From Octopus sinensis (taxonomy: Eukaryota), in assembly GCF_006345805.1 (NCBI RefSeq), contig NC_042999.1:58900001-58964000 (forward strand): a stretch of 64,000 nt of DNA, read 5' to 3'. Shown here piece after piece: positions 1-12,710 of the stretch. The notes below the pieces were generated by a model, which saw only the letters and a list, made by a program, of their open reading frames with translations, ran no database searches and had not been told where the DNA came from. A program made the position numbers and the translations under genes. Every line of letters begins with the position of its first letter. Position 1 is the stretch's first letter.

Positions 1-413
1 ACAAACTGAAAGAATTAATAACAACTTTCAAAAGAAGACTAAGCTTCAATAAATGATTGATTTAATGCTGTCTTGTTGCATTGTTTTATTTAAGATATTG
101 AACAAAATGTAATGTCGTTATATAAATCATTTTCTCATCTGCCAATATATTGTTATTTACTAAGCGATCTAAAACATTATTGCTCTATTATTAATAAAAT
201 TTTCCCGTTGATTTCTACATGTGAGAGTCTAGTTGTTCTATCAAATGTATGACCTAATCATTGAATTTAGAAAACAATGAAATTTAAACAAATTAGATGA
301 CGCTCTAAATGTACTATGCACCAATATGCAAACCAACCTCAATGTAGGAGCTAGACTTGCTAGATATAATAAGTAAATCTCCTTCAAAATATATACGGGA
401 AATATATAATGTT

Positions 414-748
414 GAGACCCCTTCGGTCATGACTGACCGTGGTATTGCAACTAGACAGTTACCCTCCCAGGTAAAAGTCCGGGCAAGGTTGTTTATGGAA
501 GACCAGCAGTCACCCATGCATACCGGTCTCCCTTCTCCACGCCGCCAGTGTTATCCAAGGGAAAGGCAAAGGGGCCGATACAGCTTGGTACCTGTGACGT
601 CGCAACTCATTTCTACAGCTGAGTTAACTTGAGCAACGTGAAAAAAACGTCTCTTGTTCAAGAACACAACACGCAGCCCGGTCCGGGAATCGAACTCATA
701 ACCTCACGATCGTAAGCTCGACGCTCTAACCACTGAGCCATGCGCTTT
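414..748 (-). mobile_element. tRNA-derived SINE (group A), near full length
   Basis: Minus strand begins GCGCATGGCTCAGTGGTTAGAGCG...GAGTTCGATTCCC (Pol III A/B boxes). Same sequence recurs at 19470-19772 (+) and 34941-35032 (-). Confidence 0.85.
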
Positions 749-965
749 CACACATAATGTAATACACACGCGATACTCGCGAAAGACGTAGTAGACTATC
801 GATCAGTCAAGGCTAACATTAAGGCCAGACGGTAACCACGTTAAAGACAATACTTATAAACCAAACACAGGCAAATGAAATTCTCAAAATTTCAAAGCAT
901 TGCATTTTATATGATTGAGGGAAAGGTTCATTTTCAAAATGCATGTATATGATTACGAAGGATAT

Positions 966-1169
966 CTCTCTTTTACTTGTGTCAGTCATTTGACTGTGGT
1001 CATGCTGGAGCACCGCCTTTAGTCGAGCAAATCAACGCCAGGACTTATTCTCTGTAAGCCTAGTACTTATTCTGTCGGTCTCTTTTGCCGAACCGCTATG
1101 TTAAGGGGACGTTAACACAGCAGCATCGGTTGTCAAGCGATGTAGGGGGGTCAAACACAGACACACAAA

Positions 1170-1223
<54 letters not shown>

Positions 1224-1396
1224 CGCATACATATATACGACGGGCTTCTTTCAGTTTCCGTCTACCAAATCCACTCACAAGACTTTGGTCGGCCCGAAGT
1301 TATAGTAGAAGACACTTGCCCAAGGTGCTACGCAGTGGGACTGAACCCGGAACGATGTGGCTCATAAGCAAGCTACTTACCACACTGCCACTTCAG
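966..1396 (-). mobile_element. SINE (group B) with internal (TA)n/(TG)n microsatellite
   Basis: Head TGTGGTAAGTAGCTTG...GGTTCAGTCCC, body GGAAACTGAAAGAAGCCCGTCG, tail GACTAAAGGCGGTGCTCCAGCATG...CAAGTAAAAGAG. Matches 52160-52595 and 55338-55732. Confidence 0.85.
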
Positions 1397-1569
1397 TGAT
1401 TGTTTGAAAATCACCAGTTTACCTTTTAATTCCTTGAGGCATGTAATTTGTTAACTACAAAATATAAAGATAAATATTGAAGAAGGCTAATATCGAGAAC
1501 GTTATTCTTTTTAGGGATAATTTAAGTAATCTAAAAAAAAATAATAATTAGTTGACGTAACTAATCCTC

Positions 1570-1756
1570 CTTACTATAAGAACAAGGCCTGAAAATTTGT
1601 GGGAGAGGGCCAGTAATTTAGATCGACCCAGTATGCAACTGGTACTTAATTTATCGACCCCGAAAGGATGAGTGGCAAAGTTGACCGCGGCAGAATTTGA
1701 ACCCGGAACGTAAGGACAGACAAAATGCCGCTATCGATTCATTCAGCTCGGCACCG
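1570..1756 (-). mobile_element. SINE (group C), diverged copy
   Basis: ATCGACCCCGAAAGGATGA...GGCAAAGTTGACC...GAATTTGAAC block shared with 11926-12710, 31679-31912 and 60622-60870. Confidence 0.75.
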
Positions 1757-2202
1757 CACAAAAATTAGTTACTAACTTGGTGTATATACAAATAAAACAA
1801 ATATTGCACTCAAGAGGAGAGTGTTATTACGAAGAAAATTATAATCTTATTAATTGTAAAGCACCTCAGATAATCTTACGCTTTCAAAAATCACGAAAAA
1901 GTTCATATTACTAGGCGTAGCGCATTATACGATTCAACTCCTGGGGAAGTTTGAAATATATTAATTCAAATTAAGAGAAACTGTAGAGTCAGTAGTTTAT
2001 AAAGAAATTATACCTATGATTTCTCCTTAAATGGAGACACCTCGTAAAATCATTTATAAGTATAAAGGTATGTTGACTATATAAAGAAATTATCAGAAAA
2101 AAAAATCGTGTTTTTTTTTATTATATTAAGGCTCAGATAAAGATTAGCGATTTCTTTTTGTTTTCTTGTAATAGCCCAATTTGAATTTTTTTTAAATAGT
2201 TG

Positions 2203-2305
2203 TACTAGGCTTACAAAGAATAAGTCCTGGGGTAGATGTGTTCGACTAAAGGTAGTGCTACAGCATGGCCACACTCAAATGACTGAAACAAGTAAAACAA
2301 TAAGA
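2203..2305 (+). mobile_element. SINE group B 3' fragment
   Basis: AGGCTTACAAAGAATAAGTCCTGGGG...CAGCATGGCCAC...GACTGAAACAAGTAAAA matches the tail of 55338-55732. Confidence 0.75.
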
Positions 2306-2306
2306 G

Positions 2307-2351
<45 letters not shown>

Positions 2352-4249
2352 TAATATTTTACAATCTTAGTGAGCATATATAAGGTTTGATTAACGATTT
2401 ATACGCACATATTGACTTTAGAATGAGAATTTATTGGCGTAATTATCATACATGCCGCTGAACAATATTAAAATACATGTATATGTCACCAAAAGTTATA
2501 AAACGAAATTACGATGTATGGCCTATGAGACATGACGCTAATTATACCGATGAAAATACCAGAATTTGTAGCTTTGACAGTTTTTCCACGAACAATTAAA
2601 TTATAGCAATATCAGTTATTACATAAATACAGCGGAGTGTTAATTTTATTACTCGTTGATTAACGCAAAAAATATTTTACTAATGAGTAACATAAAATGT
2701 GGAACTGGTTGCAAAATAAAATTTCAAAACCAAATTGAGGATTTCTTTACGCAGTGGATTCAACAATTATTTTTAGTAGCTACCCTTTCATGGTAAATTT
2801 TAAGATCTCTTTCTTAATATCCTGAAACAATTTTGTTCCTATCCTGCTGGTTAATACAAGAAATGTAATTTAGAGATAATTTAAATTCGATTTTTTTTCT
2901 AAGCAGTTATTAAAGAGATGCAGGCATATAGTTTGATCAAAACTAGAAGATTGCTATGTGGGTTTTTTTTAATAATTGCAGTAAAGTAAGAGAAAAATCT
3001 AACATGCATTTTTATTTGATATGTATTTTGTGAGCAATATCCAATAAAGTCATTGGTTTAAGGGTTCCTACAGCGACTTCCCCAATCAACCGATTTCCCT
3101 ATGGCGAGAATACGTTTTGTTTTTCGAATTGAAGATTTTTCTGTTGGTAGATAGTTTTTGTAGAAATTGTGTATAAGAGTGTTGTATGTGTATCTGGGTG
3201 TTTGGGAGTTGATTATTTATGCTATAATACGAATTGTGACGTTTTGGAGCTTCCTGTTGTAACAAAGACTACTTCTCGCTAATACAATTCGGTTTTCATT
3301 TCAGCAGCTTTATTTCACTTTGCAGATAGAGTGTACGTGCCTGTTGTAATACCCAGCAATGCGTTGTGCTTTCTTTATCATCTAAATACATGTAGGGCCT
3401 GTGTTGGGCTAGAAACAAACGTTCGATCTCTGATAATATATATCTTCATAATGAATGTTTTATTCAAGAATTGTTCGTATTAGAGGAATCAACTCCATGA
3501 AAAGTTTTGCATTAGATTTCAAATCAGTGGAAGTAAGATATGAGCATTTCTGGCGAGATGGAGTAAATTGAATATTTAAACACAAATCTCTAATTTCTCA
3601 GTTTACACTCCATCTGGGTGATTTCCTTCTTTACTATATTTTTAAAAGTCCATATTTGATGGCACTTTGCAAATAAGAGCATCGTCAGTTACAGGTTTCA
3701 AACAAGTTATTTGTCGGGGTTTCGTGTTCTCGGCATTGCAAATCATTCACAGATAAATATGCACAAACTGGCGCGTGACTAGTAGTGTTTCTTACTTTTG
3801 TATAACGAGTTTCCGTCATATCGAGCTAGTTCCGTCTCCGGTAAGTGAGAACATTTTTCTTCGTTTTTGGTTTACGCTATCCTGAAATAACTCTTCTCTC
3901 TCTTCTTGATGAAGGTCTTTACATGAACATTTTTCAATGGAATACGAACGATACAATGCATTGGTCAATCAGAATCTATGTAAGAGAACGCATATTTAAA
4001 TTACCCCACAGTTGTATCGTACTTAGAACTACTTTCTTCTCAACTAATCTCTTTCATCATGTATTTAAAATATATACTTGACATAACATATCCCTGATAT
4101 GATGAAAGGCACACACATTAATTCATAGAAAGAATAATTTGAATGTTATTTTTGAGAAATGTATTTATTTAAGAATTAGGGTTATCGTAGGAATGGAAAT
4201 GTTGTAAATTCTTAAAGAACGATAGTAAATGGATAATCCAAACAAAAAT

Positions 4250-4376
4250 TGGAAAATTGGAAAGAAAGTTAAAAATGACATCAGTTGCCAAAATAAATGC
4301 ACCCGAAGCAAAAATTCTTAGTCAAAAATTGAAATTCATGACAAACTGCCAATTCTTTTGGAATTATATACATATA
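4250..4376 (+). repeat. Short dispersed repeat, copy 1 (unclassified)
   Basis: AAAATTGGAAAGAAAGTTAAAAATGACATCAGTTGCCAAAATAAATGCA...TTTTGGAATTATATA recurs at 7197-7325. Confidence 0.8.
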
Positions 4377-4478
4377 TTTCGGATACCCAAATTTTTATTG
4401 TATTTTATTTACAGAAATATACAGGAATATTTCCAAATATGTCCAATATTTATCATTGATATCCATTTTCGTTCAATC

Positions 4479-4520
<42 letters not shown>

Positions 4521-5786
4521 TGTGTGTATATTTATAGAATTCTTTTCTGCAGAAAAATAATTCTTTTTCTGTTTGTTATTGGCTTCCAATGGCCCACATA
4601 CATCATCACTATCTTTCCGGTTGTACAAGGAACAGAGTGCGTATGCAACGTCAGCGAAATAATTTCTACACGTTATTTTTTATTCGATGCGTCGATTGAA
4701 CGGCAATTTATAACCGATATATAACCACGAGATTTCTTCCGTTGAACTGCGACCATGCTGGTGCATTGACTTCATATCGACATCAGATTTTATTTTAATC
4801 TACGTTTATAGAATCGCTAAGTTACAATTTTGATACAAGGAGACAGATGACTCTTTGTGTGAAACACAAGTTTACCTGAGCAAGCGTAAATGCAGACCCG
4901 ATATAGCAATTTCAGAATACGTCCCCACTCAGCGTACCTCTCGATAACTTGGAATCGTGTTCAGATTACGAGCGGTAGGATAAAACCGATTTCAAATTAC
5001 TCCCAGAGGTAATTAATATATTTTCTTTTTCTTTTCTACATAAATATATTCCGTGTACATTTAAAACGTATACACATTAATATATTTTGTTTTGTGTAAT
5101 AGGTATTTCGATCGCATATGAAATGTATTTTATGATTATATACATTTTTTTTTTATCTTTGAGAAATTCAAACTGAAATAAAAGTTTTAAATTTTCAGAA
5201 AGTGCAATAAACTAATGCTTTCAAATGCATACTTCAATTCAAAATAAAAATGTACTGCAGTTTTAAGTTTATGAAATGTTTTATTTTAAAATAGTTTTAT
5301 TTTAAAATGTTTCTTTTTATTTTAAAAACAAGTGCAGAAAATCTCTGATTTTCAAAGTTTATTTTTTTAAGGCGTTGTAAAATATTGGTGAGTGTTTAAA
5401 AATTCAGTATTTGTTTTTTATTCACATTTTAAGATTAGTTTAGAATCTTGGATGTTACGCCTGTTTAATGTCACGAACATATCATGAACTGTAAGCGTTA
5501 AAATTTATCACTTCAGCAAAATCAAATGCAGAGGAACTTAGAATTGGATTCAGACTACAGCGAACTAGACTTAAGATTACCGGAAGATAACTGGAAACAA
5601 TGAGTGGAGGTAACTCAAATTCTTTATACCAGGCCGGAATACAGAGAAACACACGAAGATTCAGGCACAAGCATGCGCCCATTCACATAGGCACAAACAA
5701 AAATTATGTATATGTGTATGTATGTATGTATGTATGTGTATGTATGCATGTATGTATGTATGTATGTATGTATGTATGTATGTATG

Positions 5787-5980
5787 TACGAAGGGTGCCG
5801 TAAAGTTCCGGGCTTTGGGTAAATAATGATTTTATTTGACATATTCCCCTCTCAGATTCACACACATAGTGCAGTGGCCCTTCAGGTATTCCAAGCCCTG
5901 TAAAAGAACTCAGAAGGTTGGGCCTCCAACCAATGCCTTTCGCGATACCCTTAATTCCAGGAACTTTTCAGCTGCCCCTC

Positions 5981-5983
<3 letters not shown>
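5787..5983 (-). mobile_element. Mariner-derived MITE inserted in (TATG)n
   Basis: Imperfect TIRs TA-CGAAGGGTGCCGTAAAGTTCCGGG...CCAGGAACTTTTCAGCTGCCCCTCA-TA with TA flanks. Reverse-complement homologue at 40645-40866. Confidence 0.7.
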
Positions 5984-6011
<28 letters not shown>

Positions 6012-6261
6012 TGTATGTATGTATGTATGTATGGTATGTATGTATGTATGTATGTATTCTCTTTCCCTTTTAAATTTAGTAGCAAGATTGTGAAGGAAAG
6101 AATCTTCTTTGAACCATTCTACGAAAGTCTCGCAGATTTTGATATTCCCAGTTATCGTGAACATTTTTAGCATGTGGATTTGCGTTACCTACCCAAGATC
6201 CTAAGTATAGCCATATTTTGCTCCAGACGAGTTGGTATATCTCGTTTTGCTCTAATGTTTG

Positions 6262-6905
6262 TATGTACGTCTTCTATGTTTTAACTTTCATAAATATTCC
6301 ACTGAGGAGGGAGCCGGATCCCAACAAAAATACAAGGCTCCATCTTAGGGGATGTAGCTAACAAATTCACATTAGGAACATGAGAAAAGTCTTGCATATT
6401 TTTACTGTTTCACTCGCAGGTTGCACTTGTACGAATTAGCCGGTCGATTTATATTTCTGAAAATCCCAGTTTATCCAGATTTTCCTTTAAGAATTTATTA
6501 ACAAAACCTAGTGCTCCAATTATTATTAGTACGAATATGAATTCATAGTTTGGATATAGGAGCTGGAAGTTTCAAAGCAGTTGTCCATAGATATTCTCTT
6601 TTCTTTGATTTTCAAAGACATGTTTATATCTGCCGGGCAGCTGACCTCTATGATGGTACATACCTTTGCCACTCTAACCCAAACATTATCTGGCCTGTTA
6701 TGTTTACATTTGATAGAAATTTTAATGGGAATATTCCACCAGTATTCCTTGAGTTGATGTTTAGTTCGGGACAGTCTTTTTTGCGGATGGCATTGTAAAT
6801 TGCTTTAGCAACAACATCGTGCCGCATAGGGAGGTAGTACCGTGAAGACATTTTAGGACAGCTGATAATCACATCCGCGACAGAAACATGACATAGCTTA
6901 CACAT
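6262..6905 (-). pseudogene. R4/Dong-clade non-LTR retrotransposon 3' fragment (zinc knuckle + restriction-like endonuclease + 3' UTR)
   Basis: CKLC..IISC..MRHDVVAKAIY, then across a frameshift HNRPD, IIEVSCPAD, KEKENIYG, IIIGALG: the typical RLE C-terminus. Confidence 0.8.
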
Positions 6906-6993
6906 GTGTCATACATACATACATACATGCATACATACATACATACATACATACATACATACATACATTATCGTATTAATGTTGTTAAAATTC

Positions 6994-7085
6994 TAACGAA
7001 GGAGCTTTGGATCTAGGTTAGAAACCAGTTCTTCCTCTATTGGTAAGAAATCTTGAAATAAAACTGAATAATGACATACATACAA
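6994..7085 (+). mobile_element. 3' UTR of a related RLE LINE ending in (CATA)n
   Basis: GAAGGAGCTTTGGATCTAGGTTAGAAACCAGTTCTTCC...AAAACTGAATAATGACATACATAC aligns by eye with the minus-strand 3' end at 6262-6347. Confidence 0.55.
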
Positions 7086-7115
7086 ATATACGTACACACA
7101 CACACTCATATATAT

Positions 7116-7168
<53 letters not shown>

Positions 7169-7196
7169 CAGATACACACACACACATATATGTAAA

Positions 7197-7325
7197 TTGA
7201 AAAATTGGAAAGAAAAAGTTAAGAATGACATCAGTTGCCAAAATAAATGCATCCTAAGCAAAAATTCTTAGTCCAAAATTGAAATTTATGACAAGCTGTC
7301 AGTTCTTTTGGAATTATATATATAC
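7197..7325 (+). repeat. Short dispersed repeat, copy 2, ending at (TA)n
   Basis: Homologous to 4250-4376. Confidence 0.8.
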
Positions 7326-7339
7326 ATTTAATATATATA

Positions 7340-7405
<66 letters not shown>

Positions 7406-7579
7406 GTACGTACGTATGTATGTATGTATGTATGTATGTATGTATGAATGTATGTATGTATGTATGTATGTGTGTATGTATGTGTGTATGTATGTGTGTA
7501 TGTATGTATGCGCCTGGCTTAACGAATTAACGGAAGTAACACACGGAATGTATAGTTTGTGTCGAATTACGGGTTGACT

Positions 7580-7665
7580 TACTGAATATTCTCGGGTAAA
7601 AGTCGAATTTTGTAGACCATTTTTTAAGGGTCAAATTTATGGGGTCGACTGTTACATGGATCCTA
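7580..7665 (+). mobile_element. Possible pogo/Tc1-mariner terminal remnant
   Basis: TATTCTCGGGTAAAAGTCGA...GGGGTCGACTGTTAC resembles pogo-like ends with repeated GTCGAC subterminal motifs. No partner TIR found. Confidence 0.35.
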
Positions 7666-8090
7666 CTATTGAAGGGCTGAAATTCAAGCTAGAATTCAAA
7701 GAACCGTATCAGTAACGGAATAAAACAAAAATACAATGAATTAAAATAATATTACCAATTTTATGCATCAAAACACACGTCCCAGTACGCAACAAAATCC
7801 ATAAAGAAAACCGCGTTGCTCTTATAAATATTTACATTTTTTCTTATATTTGTATTTATCGAACTTGTTAGACTAGCTGAGTGAAACCAATTTATATCTC
7901 ATAATTGTGTTATATCACCACCGGTAATATCTACACGGTACCTCTATGCCACTGCCTACCGTAATACAGCTGATAACTACTCAGCGTGTTTCACACCATA
8001 ACTCTTCAACAAATTTACAATATTTTCATATTCATGGTTAAAGTCACACTCATCACAAGTGTATTATGGCACAGTATATTATTGGTGCAT

Positions 8091-8390
8091 GGAGGCACAT
8101 GGCCTAGTGGTTAGAGCAGCGGACTCACGGTCGAGGGATTGCGGGTTCGAATCTCAGACCGGGCGATGTGTGTGTTTATGAACGAAACACCTAAGCTTCA
8201 CGCGGCTCCGGCAGAAGGTAATGGCGAACTTCTGCGGACTCTTTCGCCATAACTTTCTCTCACTCTTTCCTTCTGCATTTTGCAGCTCACCTGCGACGGA
8301 CCAGAGTCCCGTCCAGGTGAGCAACCTATACGCCAAGGAAACCGGAAAACCGGACCTTATGAGCCAGGTGTGGCCCGAGAAGGAACAAAC
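8091..8390 (+). mobile_element. tRNA-derived SINE (group A-related)
   Basis: GGAGGCACATGGCCTAGTGGTTAGAGC...GGGTTCGAATCTC A/B boxes. The 3' part TGCGACGGACCAGAGTCCCGTCCAGG...GAAACCGGAAAACCGG is shared with 11228-11490. Confidence 0.8.
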
Positions 8391-8559
8391 TACAATATTA
8401 GTGGTGCATTTTTATTTCTAATTAATTAAATGGAACTTAATGTTTTAAATACTAAAATTTAACCCCACAGAAATTAAAACCAAAAATATGCAGGATGACA
8501 TCTGTTGTTACTAATAAATGTCCATAATATGGCGTAGAGGTGTTAATCTGGAACAATGA

Positions 8560-8671
8560 TTCCTGAAGTGTGTTCTGCAAAACCCCAGGATTCTCTGAAA
8601 GTTATCATGGGTTCGACGTTTTAAAAAATAATACCGAAGGATTCCGTGGCAAAAAAGTTTGGGAACCACTG
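8560..8671. mobile_element. hAT (Charlie-like) terminal remnant
   Basis: Ends AAAAAAGTTTGGGAACCACTG, the reverse complement of the CAGTGGTTCCCAAAC terminus typical of hAT-Charlie elements. Confidence 0.5.
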
Positions 8672-9030
8672 ATCTAACAATTAACGGCATGCTTTTAGGC
8701 TTACCGAAGTTATGCCCGTGTGCGAATTCATACAGTGTTGTTTGCTGTTGTTCGCCAATCGTACTATCTGTGAAATACGTTCCTCACCATATAAAGAGAC
8801 GAGCGTATGATGCATGTGTTTATTGTATTTGGAGGTGAAGTTAATATAAAGGTCGCATGGGATCCACTGATCTAGCGATTAATTGAATGTTTTTAGGCTT
8901 ACCAAAGTCATGCCTTTGTACGAATTTAGACAGTTGCGGTTACCAGTGTTCACCAATAGTGCTGTCTGTGAAACATGTTTCTCACCATGTAAACAGCGAG
9001 TGTATGACGCATGTGTTTATTGGGCTTGAA
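8666..9030 (+). repeat. Diverged ~200-bp tandem duplication
   Basis: CCACTGATCTA...TTTTAGGCTTACC...TCTGTGAAA...CTCACCAT...GCATGTGTTTATTG occurs twice (from about 8666 and 8864). Confidence 0.8.
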
Positions 9031-9138
9031 GATGTATGCAGGCTTGCAGCATATCCTCTACATACGTTTTAGTAATGGTGATGTGGCACCTATAAACAGA
9101 TGTGTATGACTCGCTAGTAAACGGTGTTTTACTATAGT

Positions 9139-9460
9139 GAAGGCGCGTGGCTTAGTGGTTAGGGGCATTCGGCTCATGATCGTAAGGTCGTGAGTTCAAT
9201 TCCCGGCGGCGCGTTTGTCTTTCAGCAAGACACTTTATTTCACGTTGCTCCAGTCCACTCAGCTGGCAAAAATGAGTAATACCTGTATTTCAAAGGGCCA
9301 GCCTTGTCGCACACTGTGTCACGCTGAATCTCCCAGATAACTACGTTAAGGGTACACGTATCTATAGAGTGCTCAACCACTTGCAAGTTAATTTCACGCG
9401 CAAGCTGTTCCGTTGATAGTATCAGCTGGGATCCTTGTCGTCGTAACCGACAGAGTGCCT
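9139..9460 (+). mobile_element. tRNA-derived SINE (group A-related)
   Basis: GGCGCGTGGCTTAGTGGTTAGG...GAGTTCAATTCCC head plus the shared central block TTTCACGTTGCTCCAGTCCACTCAGCTG. Confidence 0.8.
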
Positions 9461-9767
9461 CAGTAATCAATCTGTTATTCATCCACTATATATGTTACAT
9501 TGCTGTTTCTATTGTATTCCTATTGAAAATAGCGTGCTGATAATGTCATGATGTTTGAAAATACAATGAAATAGTGATAAAATGTTGTCTGAAATTCTTT
9601 TCCGTTTGAATTATTTATATTTTGTCCTCTATATTGACAATCCTTCAATATGAATAGCGACAGAATCTGTGAAGTGTGCATTTTAATATTTGTATATTTC
9701 TCCAATTATAGCTATCAATCAATATTTACTTTTCACATAGGAAATAGTGACGACATCTCTCTCTCAC

Positions 9768-9832
<65 letters not shown>

Positions 9833-9903
9833 TCCTAGATATATACATACATTTATATAAACACGTATATACACATATTTACATACATATATTTGTATAC
9901 ATA

Positions 9904-9954
<51 letters not shown>

Positions 9955-11227
9955 AAAGGAAAAATTATAAGGTAGAATGCTAAATTTTAATAAAAATGGC
10001 TGTATGAAAAATTAAAAAAGAAAAAAATAATAAATCAAACCGGTTTTCATGGCAAGGTTTTTTTTCAAGATATGGAAGGGAAATTTTTTTTTTTTGAATT
10101 GAGGAAGCGGAAAAAAAATTTACCCTGTTTTTTTCAAAAAAATTATAATACATATATACAAAAATTCATAAATAAGTATACCAATACATTGTAAAGTCTT
10201 TATGCTTTTAGAGTTCAATAATAGTCCTTGGAAAAACTTCTTTGGAGGATTAGGATGCATGTGTTTTAAATGTAGTGTATATTTTGAAAAAATGGGTGAT
10301 TGTGTCTCAACACTGGAAATGGGGTAGGAGTTATCCAGTTCCAGTGAGTAGGGGAGACAATTCTGTGGATTTTATGCTCTTTTTATTGGAATGGTGGATT
10401 TGTTGTCAAATCTGACAAAAAATTGATATAAGCAACCTGTTTGACAAAAAAATCCACCATTCCAAACGATCGACTTTGCCCTTTGAAAAATGCATGGACG
10501 CTGTCTGGTGACTGGTACCAGTACACAAAGAAAATAATAAAAAAAGAACCAAAGAATAAACGTGTGTTTCATATTAACTACGCCATTGTTCTATTTACTA
10601 GATCATTACAAAACATTTTAATTTTATATGTGTTTTATTGAATTGTCTTTGGCTCGCCATCAATTAGTTATTACACAAACTCAGGTTATAATTCACTTTT
10701 GCTTGCATCTATATAAAATGACAATGAATTGAACTGAAATGAAAATACAATAAAATAATGAAGTATAATTATCCTAACAATAATTACAGGTAGACACCAT
10801 TTAATTTGAAATAATGTTCTCTCCTTCCAATAAATACTTTTTTATTTTTGTGTATTTTTTGTTCGGTTAACTTTACGAATATTCTTAACACATTTTTGTT
10901 TTTGTGCTGTAGAAATAAAAAGAGTCTGAAAGCGAATTAGTAGTAGTTGTAGTTACTAAAGCTGTTGTTTACTTCAAGATAAACTCTGTTCGGGCAGACC
11001 TACATCGTCGAATATGTAATAATATTATTTTGACGAAAGGGTGTCAGTTTGAAGAAATTTGACTCCTATATCTAGCCCATAGGTGTGCAATCTTTGGCTT
11101 GTAGCTGGTAGTTTTTAATATGTATACAACTGAAAGTGATATAGGAAGTGTCAGGGCGGAAGAAAATAATTTTACTGTGCTGCAAAATAACCCAATTTAT
11201 CCAAACTTATATTTTGTATTTTAAAAA

Positions 11228-11490
11228 TAATAATAATAAATGCGGCCTTTTAAAGCCTAGCCCAGGCACATGGTCCCGGTTTCCCGGTTTCAATGGCGTA
11301 TGTGTTCCCAGCTGGATGGGACGCCAGTCCATCGCAGCGTTACTCATTTTTGCCAGCTGAGTGGACTGGAGCAATGTGAAATGAAGAGTTTTGCTCGAGA
11401 ACACAACTCGTCGCCCGGTCCAGGAATGGAAACCACAATATTACGATCATGATGCTGACACCCTAACCACTAAGCCACGCGCCTCCGCTT
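11228..11490 (-). mobile_element. tRNA-derived SINE (group A-related) with (TTA)n tail
   Basis: Minus strand GGAGGCGCGTGGCTTAGTGGTTAGG head, TTGCTCCAGTCCACTCAGCTGGCAAAAATGAG core, ATTTATTATTATT tail. Confidence 0.8.
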
Positions 11491-11925
11491 TAAAAATAAT
11501 GCTTTTACATATACTGTATACATATTCAAGAACACGTGCAAAAGTGGGGCGGATTGTACCTGATTGTTATTTACTAGAGATAGTATAGAAATGAAACGAT
11601 ATCTCTTTAAAAATAGAAGGCGACGTCGGTATTAAAGAAATAGGGGTGCATCACCCATTATGCCTTAATGATTTGATTCTCACCTCACAGACTTGTGATA
11701 GTAGGAGCACATTGATTATTATAACCCTAAATATGGAACATCCAAGAGAATGATGGGGTAGTCTCAGCTGGAACATCTGTCATCGTAGATCTGCTCATAT
11801 AAGAGAGAAGAAGATAGGGAGCATCTTTTTCAAATATCTATATGTAGGAAAACAAGCTATACCTTGCCACGGATGATGGAATGTGCCAGTGGTTCTTATA
11901 TTCCTCTTGAAATCTTTGTACATCT

Positions 11926-12710
11926 TATTTCTTTATTACTCACAGGGAGCTAAGCATACAGGGGACAAACAACGACAGACAAAGGAGGTTAAGTCGATTA
12001 CATCGACCCCAGTGCGTAACTGGTACTTAATTTATCGACGCCGAAAGGATGAAAGGCAAAGTCGACCTCGGCGGAATTTGAACTCGGAACGTAACGGCAG
12101 ACGAAATACATATTTCTTTACTGCCCACAAGGGGCTACACACAGTGGGGACAAACAAGGACAGACAAACGGATTAAATCGATTATATCGACCTCAGTGCG
12201 TGACTGATACTTATTTAGTCGACCTCGAAAGGATGAAAGGCAAAGTCGACCTCGGCGGAATTTGAACTCAGAACGTAGCGGCAGACGAAATACCTATTTC
12301 TTTACTGCCCACAAGGGGCTACACACAGAGGGGACAAACAAGGACAGACAAACGGATTAAGTCGATTATATTGACCCCAGTGCGTAACTGGTACTTATTT
12401 AATCGACCCCGAATGTATGAAAGGCAAAGTTGACCTCGGTGGAATTTGAACTCAGAACGTAGCGGCAGACGAAATACCTATTTCTTTACTGCCCACAAGG
12501 GGCTACACAGAGAGGGGACAAAGAAGGACAGACAAACGGATTAGTTGATTATATCGACCCCAGTGCGTAACTGGTACTTATTTAATCGACCTCGAAAGGA
12601 TGAAAGGCAAAGTCGACCTCGTCGGAATTTGAACTCAGAACGTAACGGCAGACGAAATACCGCTAAACATTTCGCCCAGCGTACTAACGTTTCTGCCAGC
12701 TCTCCCTGCA
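11926..12710 (-). mobile_element. Group C SINE tetramer (one head, four ~184-bp bodies)
   Basis: ACGAAATAC recurs at 12101, 12285, 12469 and 12652. The head (GAGCTGGCAGAAACGTTAG) occurs only once, at the 12710 end. Confidence 0.9.

Noticed and set aside
3240-3480. Minus-strand HCWVLQQARTLY..NCISEK, faintly like a PLE GIY-YIG C-terminus
   Set aside because: Too degenerate, has stops and no YIG motif; cannot be supported without an HMM search.
9951-10570. Possible PLE end with GAAA-ACCGGU on the minus strand after (TA)n
   Set aside because: No recognisable CUGANGA strand or stems.
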